A DNA stretch of 64,000 nucleotides from Patescibacteria group bacterium (lineage in GTDB: Bacteria; Patescibacteriota; Patescibacteriia; UBA10025; JAHIVO01), in contig JBAZKE010000001.1 in NCBI GenBank assembly GCA_041650915.1, positions 43,694-107,693 of the forward strand, in the 5' to 3' direction. Position numbers and translations under genes: made by a program. Positions 19,474 to 30,200 of the stretch are shown one piece after another. Every line of letters starts with the position of its first letter. Position 1 is the stretch's first letter. Below the pieces are notes generated by a model, which saw only the letters and a list, made by a program, of their open reading frames with translations, did no database searches and had not been told where the DNA came from.

Positions 19474-19830
19474 GTGATGAAGTTCTTTATCAAGGTATGC
19501 GTTGCATTTAACGCGCGCTGCACCGATGTGACCGCCATCATGCTGGCTGATTTTCTTGACGCCCTAGTACGCGTAACGGAATATCTTGGCGATAATGAGC
19601 CCCCTGAATGTGTTCCGAACTGCTTGCCACGTAATGTCATGGGTCATTTCGTCTACCCTCACGAGGATTTTATCCGGCGTTTTTTGGATGGATGTGCCCG
19701 AGCGGAAGGGAAACTTGCCGAACATGCGTTCTGGCAGCGTTTGGTAGGCCGATCCGGCGGCACGTTCGGCAGTGACAGAGAAGTCGGACGCTTCGTTGAT
19801 CAGCTGTGTACCGAGCTTGGCGTGTCCTGA
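19474..19830 (+). CDS. hypothetical protein (118 aa, Cys-containing)
   Basis: Strong SD AGGAGGAG at 19461-19468, 5 nt before the ATG. Followed by a clean intrinsic terminator. No recognisable family. Confidence 0.45.
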   Translation: MMKFFIKVCVAFNARCTDVTAIMLADFLDALVRVTEYLGDNEPPECVPNCLPRNVMGHFVYPHEDFIRRFLDGCARAEGKLAEHAFWQRLVGRSGGTFGSDREVGRFVDQLCTELGVS

Positions 19831-19857
19831 AGATATATGGCCAGCGCGGCATCCATG

Positions 19858-19891
19858 CCCACCTCTCATGAGCGGAGGTGGGTTTATTATT
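19858..19891 (+). terminator. rho-independent terminator (CCCACCTC-9nt loop-GAGGTGGG + TTTATTATT)
   Basis: Perfect 8-bp GC-rich stem at 19858-19865 / 19875-19882 followed by a T-rich run. Confidence 0.55.
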
Positions 19892-19975
19892 GATTTAATT
19901 GCCGTTGTGTGGTACCGTTGTTCAATTACAAACAGAGGACATTGATTTAACGATAAAGGTAGAAAGGAGGGTACG

Positions 19976-21082
19976 ATGAAGATCGTACTCGATGTCATGG
20001 GAGGCGACTTTGGGCCCGAGCCGATCGTGCGCGGCGCACTCGAAGCGCTGTGGCGCCTGCCATTCCATGATTTTGAGATCGTACTCGTTGGTGACCAGGC
20101 TGCAATTAAAGAGCTGCTCCAATCGAGTAAGTATGCGCGGCGGTACCGTGCCGTTGCGCAGCGAATCAGTATCATCCACGCCCGCTCGGTTATTACGATG
20201 GCTGACAAGCCGGATACCGTCAATGGCAAGACGGATTCGTCGATATCCGCCGGGCTCGATTTGGTACGAAGCGGAATCGGTACGGCGTTTATCAGCACCG
20301 GAAACACGGGAGCGGTCGTGACCTGCGCCGCAGCGAAACTCGGCTTAATCGAGGGGCTGTTCCACAGGCCCGCTATCGGTACGCTGCTGCCGACTCTCGG
20401 AGGACAGTGTATCATGCTTGATTCCGGTGCAACGACTGATTGCAAGCCGAGGCACCTGGTGCAGTATGCCATACTGGGAGCTCTGTATGTTGAGCGCGTG
20501 CTCAAGGTGCGTAATCCGCGGATCGGCATACTCAATAACGGCGCGGAAGACGGCAAGGGCAATAGGCTGACAAAGGATTCGCTTGCGCCGCTCCGTCAGG
20601 TTTTTCCGGAAGCGCGGTTTGTCGAGGGGCACGAGGTGGCGCTCGGGGCTGTCGATGTCTGCGCGACCGACGGATTTGTGGGCAATGTCGTCCTCAAATC
20701 CTACGAAGGCCTGTACTTCCTGCTGAAACGCATACTCAGCATCGTCCCCCGGTGGAAGAGGATCGTCGCTGCTGCCGGGCTCGTTGGGCTCGTGGTGCCT
20801 CCTGCGCTTGTTGCGGTATTTGAGCCGACCTGGTTTCTCCTGACTTACATTCCCGCGTGGCTCGCTGCTTACTTCGCGGTCAAGCCGGTTTACTCGTTCC
20901 TCAAGCAGCGTTTTGACTGGCGTGAGCATGGCGGCGGCCCGCTCCTCGGCGTTAACGGCACCGTCATCATCGCGCACGGACGGTCTCCGTGGAAAGCCAT
21001 CGTCAGTGCAGTGCGGCAAGCTCGTTTAATGGCGCTATCAGGCATTAACAGTGCGATCAGAGAGTCTCTCGCTGCTCAGTAA
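19976..21082 (+). CDS. plsX: phosphate acyltransferase PlsX (with ~40-aa hydrophobic insertion near C-terminus)
   Basis: 368 aa. MKIVLDVMGGDFGPEP... and a C-terminal EHGGGPLLGVNGTVIIAHGRS. AGGAGGG RBS at 19962-19968. Confidence 0.9.
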   Translation: MKIVLDVMGGDFGPEPIVRGALEALWRLPFHDFEIVLVGDQAAIKELLQSSKYARRYRAVAQRISIIHARSVITMADKPDTVNGKTDSSISAGLDLVRSGIGTAFISTGNTGAVVTCAAAKLGLIEGLFHRPAIGTLLPTLGGQCIMLDSGATTDCKPRHLVQYAILGALYVERVLKVRNPRIGILNNGAEDGKGNRLTKDSLAPLRQVFPEARFVEGHEVALGAVDVCATDGFVGNVVLKSYEGLYFLLKRILSIVPRWKRIVAAAGLVGLVVPPALVAVFEPTWFLLTYIPAWLAAYFAVKPVYSFLKQRFDWREHGGGPLLGVNGTVIIAHGRSPWKAIVSAVRQARLMALSGINSAIRESLAAQ

Positions 21083-21114
21083 GGCATAGCCACTACTTCA
21101 GCAGCAATGGAGCA

Positions 21115-21150
21115 CGTCCGCCAGGTTTACCAGGCGGACGTTTTTTATTT
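21115..21150 (+). terminator. rho-independent terminator after plsX (CGTCCGCC-loop-GGCGGACG + TTTTTTATTT)
   Basis: 8-bp GC-rich stem at 21115-21122 / 21133-21140 with a 10-nt loop and an immediately following T-run. Confidence 0.6.
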
Positions 21151-21152
21151 AC

Positions 21153-21181
21153 TAGACAAGGGTACCATAATGTGATATAAT
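21153..21181 (+). promoter_or_regulatory. candidate promoter of the giant gene: TAGACA-17-TGaTATAAT (extended -10)
   Basis: Perfect -10 TATAAT at 21176-21181 preceded by TGa, with a -35-like TAGACA at 21153-21158. Followed by a 66-nt GT-rich leader containing hairpin GTTAGG/CCTAAC (21202-21224). Confidence 0.45.
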
Positions 21182-21247
21182 ACCTTTGTTAAGTTTGGTA
21201 AGTTAGGTTTGGTTTTTGCCTAACGTAAGCGCAGATAGCTAATTACC

Positions 21248-24200
21248 GTGGCGCTTTCAAAGCCATTCAAGAGAGCGGGTCAGTTCCTCGGGGGGAATAA
21301 GAATAAACAGGGAATTGACTTTAATGCACTGCCGGAGCTCCTCACCTTGGATCAGGTGAGTGAGATTCTTGGTGTCCATCCCAATACGCTCCGCAACTGG
21401 GATCGTTCCGGCAAGTTTGCCGCGCTCCGTGTCGGCCCGCGAAAAGACCGCCGCTACGAGAAAGAGGCTGTCTATAGGATGCACCTGGAGATGAAACCAG
21501 CGGTCCATGCAGCAGATCGGGAGGTCGATGGGCGCAAACCGGAGCCATCAGACAATAAGTACGTCATCCATCCCGGATTCTCGTGGAACAAGTTGCGGCT
21601 CTACTTCATGAGCCGCCGCTTTTCGATATTCGTATATTCGGTAGGGCTCGTCGCTTTCACCTTCGTGGTGATGCAGGTGACTTTTTTTGCGTACGTTTTC
21701 TTAGTCCGCGCCGAAGAGAAGCCTCCGCTCGTCGCCCGGCTCGCCCCATCGGCGGTGACCGGCTGGCAGGGTGCGGAAAAAGCGAAGACAATCGATGCAC
21801 TGGGCACGGCGCCGCTTGATGATTTCAGCATCTACAATTCAGCAGTTTTTTATAATGGTTCTGAGCCGATTGTTGTCGAGGAAGAGGAAGCCGCGGGCAC
21901 TGCCGAACCAGCGCAAGAGGCACCTGCCGAACCTGCGGTCGTGACGCCGCAGGACACCGAGCCCGAACCTGAAGAGCAAGCTCCTACGGAAGAGCCGCAA
22001 GCTCCTGCGGATGTTCCCGCAGAGGAGGCGGAAGAGCCGGTTGATGCATCCGCTATGCCTGCCGAAGAAGGCGAGGCGCCTGCTGTTGAGGAAGGGCTGC
22101 CTGCCGAAGCTGGCGTTGACGGGGGAGCGGCCACAGATGCCGCTGTTCCTGCAACGGAGGAGGCGGTGACCGATGAATCCGACGCGACGGTCGTGAAGGG
22201 CATGGTACTCGGCGAAGAGACGGATGCTGCAGACGAGCCGCTGTCGGAGCAGAATCCGGTGCTCGAGGCTCGGTCATTCGCGGTACCGGAAGCTATTCCC
22301 GCTGGCACGCAGATCAGTGATGCGCGGCTCCTGCTGTCTTTTGCCGCGGATACGTATCCGGACAATGAAGATGTGATTACCTTTTCCTACTCAGTGGACG
22401 GGAGCAGCTGGACCGTGCTCGATTCGCAGGGGCTCATTTCGGATATGAGTAACGGTACGCACGAGGGTTACTGGTCCTTCAGCATCCCCGAACTCCATGT
22501 CATCGATGAAATTGCAGATCTGATTGTACGGGTGGAATACCACGCAGTCGCACCGGTTGAAATGAGCACCGCGTACCTGGACGGCATTGAGCTCGACCTG
22601 ACGCTCGAGGAACCCGATGCGGTTGCCGCGGAGATTATCGAGAGCGTTGAGATAGAAAATGATGTGCTCGATACAGGCGAGGATCCCACGATCAACGTCC
22701 ATATCGAAGAAGAGTCGCCCCTCTCTTTCCTCGGCGCGTCATCACGGCAGCGTACGGTGAAAGACGTCCGGCTGCAGGATCCGAACGGGCGGGAGATTGA
22801 AGCGGTATACACGATTGCCGATGAACAGCAGGGCAGCGTAAAGACGGCAGCGTACACTTTTGATACGGGGGCATTTTCCAAGCCGGGCAAGTATACCGTT
22901 ACCTTGGAGGTTGAACAAAACGGTACGGTCGAGGAGGTTGAACAGGATTTCACCTGGGGCGTTTTGGCCATTAATCCCGATTACGCCATACAGAAGCTCG
23001 GGCAGGAAACGCAGTTTTCCATCGGCGTTCTGGACGATTCAGGCGATATCGTGTGCGACGCGGAAGTCACGCTGGAAATAGTAGATCCCGCCGGCCATGC
23101 CGTTACCCAGTCGACCGTTGACGGCAGGATTACCGTGAGTGACAGCTGCCTGACCAAAGGCGTGTACCAAGGCCCGGATTATTATTCGACCTACACGCCG
23201 CAGATGCCGGGCACGTACCAGCTGCACCTTACCGCAACGCACTACAACGGCACCCGCACCCTGGACAGCGAGTTTGCGGTCGAGGCGAATCCGCGCTTTA
23301 CCGTAAAGCGCACCGGGCCGACCCGCATCTTCCCGTACGTGTACCAGCCGATGCTTCTGGAAGTAACGGCATATGAAGATTTTACCGGCGAGATAACGGA
23401 GATCGTGCCGGGCGTATTTGAAATTGAGGTGCACAATGACGGCGCGATCCGGCCGTTTGACCAGGGAGGGCATATCGACCACCAGATCGTTTGGAAAGCT
23501 TCGTTGAAGGCCGGAGAATCAGCCACGTTCGGGTATTCGTTCAAAACGCCGGAAGAAAGCCCGGCACTGTATATGGCTGGTCCGGCGGCTGTGGGTACCG
23601 TGTGGGACGAAGGCCGGCAGTGGCAGATGGCGATTGACGCGACGTATGTATATCTGCTTTCATCATCAAACAGCGCTCCGGCCGGCTGGTCGTACGTGGA
23701 CACGTACAACAGCAAGTATGTCCGGGGAGCGTCTAGCTTCAGCGGAACGGGCGGCGGCGCTGCAACCCATACGCATACATACAGCGAATCAGTAACTGAT
23801 TCGAGCGTCAATACGGCTGGAATTGTATGCTCACGGCGATGTTTAAGCGTAGCGGGTTTGGGCCATACCCATACGTCAACCGGCAGCACGATAGGGCCTG
23901 AAAACAATGATCCGGCGCATTATACGTACCGGCTCTGGAAGTACGATACAGCTGACGCAACGCCCATGACGATCCCCCAGAATGCGTTTATCTTTTGGAA
24001 AGATAATAGCGCGGATCCATCATCGCCGTGGACCCGTTTTTCCAGCGGCGATGACCGCATGGTCAAGCTTGCGGATAGCCACACCACGGGCGGTTCGACT
24101 ACCCATAAGCATACCATCACCTGGGGCAGCCTCAATGCGACTACGGGCACAAATATTGAAGGTATTCTTGGTGACATATACACCATGACGTCGGCAACTC

Positions 24201-27200
24201 ATACGCATACAGCGCCAACATCGTCATATACGTCTGAAGAGACATTGCTTCCCGAGTATGTGACGCTCGATATTTGGCAGCAGCCGGACGCAACACCGCA
24301 GGCGATCGTGACCGGCACGGTTGCCATGTTTGACGGCACCTTGCCGACCGGGTGGACGGCCATCTCAAATGGTAGCCCGTACCAGAACCGGCTTGTCCGC
24401 GGGTCAACCACTGCGGGATCCCAGGCAGGCAGCGCGACTCATGGTCATGACGATACCGAAGGCACGACTGGCGGGGCAAGTGCACAAGTGAAGCCTGGGG
24501 AAGGTCTTGACGTGCTGACCGCGGCAGAAAACCATACGCATGGTATTCGGTTAGCTGATTTTAGCAGCGGAGACCAAACGCCGCCGTACGTTGACTTTGT
24601 GCTGGCGGAATGCACAACGTGCGCAATAACGACGATTACAGCAGGCGGGATCGCGTACCAGGAGAACGAGTCAACGCCGATCGACGGCACGTCAGACAAT
24701 AAAACCATCACCCTGCTGGTCAACGGTGCAAATACGGCATGCGGCGGCGGAGCGTGCACGGATACGATCGACGATGACACCGGAGCCTGGTCAATCAGCA
24801 ACATCACGTCATCGAGCGGAGATATTATCACCGTATACCTTGATGATGAGACTGAGGAGGCAACGACTGTATTTGTATCGGACGATACGACTCAGAGCAA
24901 CGTTGATCTGTACCAGAATGCGGTAGTAGTTCGGCACGACACGGGCGCTTCGATTACCAATGCGAACTTGTTAACCGGCGACGGCGGGGATGATGACATC
25001 AAATATAGCGTTACCGGCGGGGCACTGTCGGTGGATACCGGATTTGAGCTGCACGTGTGGGCGGGCGATACGTATGATCCAGGCGGCGCGGTGACGACGC
25101 AGGGAACCGGCGGAGACGTGCATGTTGACGATAATGCCACTATGTATATTGATACGATTGATTCGCGGATTACCAACAATATCATGATCGATTCGGGTGC
25201 AGCACTGACCGTACAGGTAAATTCGCAAGTTGATGGCGGCGCTGCCGGCGGCGTTACAGTGGCAGGCACCCTGAATGCATCGGGCGGTACGTTTACGGTC
25301 GGTGACGGCACGGACGAGGTTGTATACGTGGATAGCGGTACGGTGAACGTGGATGGCGGCATCCTGACTATTAAGGATGATTTGTATAATAATTCGGCAG
25401 GCGGCACTGAAGATATCAATATCTCGAGCGGCACGGTGAATGTGGGCGACGATTTCCGGGTCGAGAGCACGGCGGACGTTGACGTGACCGGCGGCACGGT
25501 GAACGTGACCGGCATGCTGGATGTCAATGGAGGTACGTTCGACACGTCTGGTTCATCCGACGTAAACGTGACTGAAATACTGGACCAGGATGGCGGTACG
25601 GTGACGTTTGGCGGCACGTCGACCGTTGATTTTGGGGGAGTTGCTAATGCCGTTAATGACGGAGCCCTTAACCAGACCGGCGGTACGGTGACGTTCGGCA
25701 ACAGTACTGATGAGGATTTGTACGCAAATGCCGGTGCCACAATCACGCTTTCCGGCGGTACGACCGAGATCAAAGATGATTTTTTCCTACCGTCCGTAAC
25801 CGGTTCGGCAACCGTGAGCAATACAGTGAATATGACGGCAGGTTCAAATGAAACCATTGACCTGGACGGCGGCACCCTGACCGTCTATGAAGGAGCTGAT
25901 ATTAATTGTGATTACCGGCTGGATGTGCGCGCCGCAAGCATCGTTGACCTGAACGGCGGCAGCCTGGATACCGGGAATTACTGGCTTATTTACGATGGCA
26001 CGCTCAATCTGGACGGCGGGGACCATAATATCGGCACGTCTGGGTACCTGTATTTTTTACCGAACGCGACGAGCATCACGTTTAACCAGACGGGCGGGCA
26101 AATCACCACCTATCGGCTCTTTGTGGGCAACGGAGCCGGAACCATGTATACCCCGACCGTAACGGGGGGCACGATCAATATCGGGACAGCAGCAGGAACA
26201 AAGGATATTTATTTTACCGAGGCAGGGGATTATAAGTTTTATAACGTCACGATCGAGGAAAATGCCGTTTTCAATACGAGTTCAACTAATTCGCTAAAAC
26301 TCGCCGGATCGTTCACGATCAATAACGGCAAGACGTTTGGCGCAAACGCAGAGGCGATCCAGATCGAGGGCGATAATGCCGGGTCCCCGACCGGCGGGTT
26401 CATCAACGAGGGCACGTTTACGTACGGAACGAGCACCGTCACCATGCTGAACGGCGAGATAAAAGGAAGCCCTGATGTTATGCTCACTTGGAGCAGCTTT
26501 TATAACCTGAATATCGGCGACGCTACCACGTCGAATACGATTGACGTGGGCGGCTCCAATAACTTTTGGGTCCAGAACGCATTTGCCATTACTTCCGGCG
26601 ATGCGCTGTCGATCGGTTCGGGCCTGTATGCCGGGCATTCCGGGCCGACATTTACGCTCGATGGCACGGTGAGCGGTGACGGCACGCTCGCATTTGATTC
26701 CGCCTCCCCCGGTCCGGGCACCGGCGGCACACTGAGCGCAAACGTCCGGTATGATACCACTGCGGGCAATATTGCGGCCGCAACATTTGACGCCCGCACG
26801 TACGGCGGCGATGTTGATATATACCTGGGTGAACTGGTCATCGGTGCAAAGAGCGCTATCGCCGGAGCGGGCACGCTCGCGATAGGCGGCGGCCTGACTC
26901 TTACCGATGAAAGCGCGGAGGGGTTAAGCTTGGACATGAACACGAACGATCCGACGACAACGGTCGCGGGCAGCGTTACGGTCTGTGCAACGTGCACGCT
27001 CAGCGCGCCGAGTACGGTGAGTGATACCGCATTCATCGTCAATGGTAGCTGGGCCAATAGCGGCACGTTTACCGCAAACGGAGGCCAGGTTACGCTCGAC
27101 GGATCCGCTACCCAGACGCTGTCCGGTACCATGTCCGGAGCGTCTTCGTTTGCAAACCTGAAAATCCGGGACGCTTCAGCGCGCACGGTTGATTTCGAGG

Positions 27201-30200
27201 CGCAGGCAATCACCACCGGCACCTACACTATCGAAAATGACACCAATGCTACCACGGTGCAGTATGAGAATGTCGCCGACAGCGCGCCATTCACCTTTGC
27301 GGACATATCCTGGGGCCAGGCTGGCACCAACGGCATCACGTTTGCAGGAGAATCAGGCTCGTCCGAATGGCACCTGAAAGTGACTGACGCATCGCAGGCA
27401 GTGAGCTACGTGTCCGTATCATGGTCAGATGCGAGCGTTACCGACGGCCTGGAAATAGCCGCGTCGGACGGCACCAATACGGACGGCAACAACAATACCA
27501 ACTGGGATTTCGGGTTTACCATATCCGGCACGTCAACCAGCTTTGGCACGGTAAAAGTCGCGGTTAATACTACCGTACAGACCGACAGCGCCGTCATATC
27601 GGGCGGCACATGGCAGATCACGGCTGATGCGGATCCGATTTCCGGGGATGTTATTACGGCGTACATTGACGGAGTGGACGATAGCCTTGAAGCAGTTGGC
27701 GTAACGAAGTATGACGGCACTGGGACCATCAGCGGCATGGTGCTGAATGGATATGAAGTTTGGTTTGGGAGCACCAGTGATACTCCGAGCTTGACCCTGA
27801 CAGACCTCGAGAACTGGGATTACGACAATGATGAAGACGTATTCTTTTCAGTTGCATCGAGCACGCTTGAGATGAACGGCGATTCAGCCCATTCGCTCAA
27901 CGTACTGCAGATCATGGATAACGCGACGCTCACCTTGAGCACAGGGCAGACACTGAATGTTACCGAACTTTTTGTCAGGAGCGACGTTACGGACGGCCAT
28001 CTGACCATGAGCGGATCGCCCATCATCAATGTAAAAGAATTGTTTAATAATGCGGGCGATTATAACGCTTCCACCGAAACGGTCAACATGGCAAATACCA
28101 TGATCGGCTATATTACCGCGGCAGGCGCGTCTGACAGCGATATTTATAACCTCAACATCAGCCCGACGAGCGGCCTATTAACGGTCAGCTTAAACTCGGC
28201 GCTGGTGGTGAATAACGCGCTGACGGTTACTGCCGGCACATTTGCGGTTGACGAAAACCTGAACGTGAACGGTGCAGAAAATGCGTTAACAGTTTCGGGC
28301 GGTACGCTGAGCCATACTGCCGGCACGCTCACGGTTGGCAATAGCACTAACGAAGATTTGTATATTACGAGCGGTGTAGTAACCACGAGCGGCGGCAACC
28401 TTGTCGTGACGGATGACATCCGCCATGCGGGTGGCACGGTGAATATCAATGACGGGTCCAATGTGGACGTAACAGGCCAGTATACCAATGACCTGGCCGG
28501 CTCGCCGATCCTGAACCTGAATGGCGGCAGCATGGACTGCCAGAGCCACATTCTGCTTGACCGCGGAACCGTAAATCTCAACGGCGGCGTGCACCGGGCA
28601 GGCGTGGCGGTTACGGACGGCATTATCGAGATGAACCGGAACAGCACCAAGAGCGAGCATTTTTATTTCAACATGACGGGCGGCGAGCTGCACGGACGGG
28701 CAATCGTCATATATGACAATAAAACGCTTCACACGGATACGGTGTCAGGCGGCCAGTTGTGGGTCGACAATATTTCGGAAATTACCGCTACCGAGGAATT
28801 TTACCAGTGGAACACGGACAGTCCGACATTCTGGAGTCTGGTGCTGAACGAAGACGACGCGAGGATCAACAGCACGTCGCAGATTACCGACCTCAACGGC
28901 GACCTCATCATCAACAGCAGCATGGGCTTGTACCAGCAGGGCCGGGAAATCAAGGTGGCGGGTAATTGGACGCATAACGGTACCACGTATTCGCACGGCA
29001 ATGGAACTGTCCATATGGATGGAGTTGACAGCACAGGATCCATTAACGGCACTACTGCATCGACATTTTATAACCTGTACCTTGAGGACAATACGAGTTT
29101 ATCCAATGGGAATGTAACGGTCGAGTATGTGTTGCTTTTACTTGGAGGAATTGATTTTTCCATCGGGTCTGGCAGGACGGCAACTGTTACGTCTGCCGGT
29201 GGCATGACGGGCCTGACCGGATCTACGGTGAGCGGCGACGGCACGTTGATATTTCAAGCGCCTACGTTAACCGGGCCGGCCCCTGCCATTGATAGTCTGC
29301 TTCGCATGGATGCGGTTGATACGGACCAGAGCATCGAGAGCGGCCCGACCAGAAATTTCGGAAGTACGGTCGAGTTTTACAACAGCGGCGCGAGCTCGCG
29401 CACGATTACGATCGGCAGCGGCGCTGACCAGACGTTCAATTTTTACGGCGATGCCACGTCCACGGTCACCGGCGGCGGCACGCTCTCGGTCAGGCAGGAT
29501 ACCTATAATCCAATTGTCAATATCGTCGGTGATTTTACGATCGGCGCGAGCAGTACGTACATTGCCTCAGCTACGGGCGCACTCAACCTTAGTGGCAGTT
29601 ACACGAATACCGGCGCTTTTACCCACAGCAGCGGCACGGTGACGCTCAACGGGACAGCGTTGCAAACCTTGAGCGGGACTATGACTGGTGCGAGTTCATT
29701 TAATAGCCTCACTATTACCAATGCATACGGTAGTGTTTCTGGGTGTGATACGCTGTTCTCGCCGGGAGTTTCATTTGGTACATCGGCGACAATCGCCGGG
29801 ACGTATACAATTACGACAGCAGGGGTTAACGTCCGCTACAATTCCGGGTCTACGTATACCGTAAATAATATTAATTGGCAGGGCGGAGCAGGCGATGAAA
29901 TTATTTTCCGCAATTCAAACCTCACGTCGGGTACGTGGCTTCTTGCTGTATCCGGGACGCAGACGAACGTCTCGTATGTCAATGCCGCACGGTCAGACGC
30001 CTCATCGGGAGACGTGATCGACGCTTCGAACGGCACAAATACTGATTGTGATAATAATACCAACTGGGATTTTTACGCGGGGATACTCGTGACCGGCACG
30101 CTCGGGTTTTCTCCGGCAGCCGGCACGGTAAAAGTAGCGGTTGACGGTGACGTGCAGACTGACGGCTATGACGTGACCGGCGGCAGCCCGTGGGAGGTGT

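Noticed and set aside
19564-20562. 332-aa ORF on the minus strand
   Set aside because: Lies entirely antisense to the strongly supported plsX (+ strand) and the 3' end of the SD-supported 118-aa gene. Has no recognisable domain. Typical GC-rich antisense shadow ORF.
21329-21482. Excisionase-type HTH as a marker of an integrated mobile element
   Set aside because: No integrase, transposase, recombinase, tRNA target or flanking direct/inverted repeats were found anywhere in the window. The HTH is in frame with the giant gene and is more likely a fused or remnant regulator.
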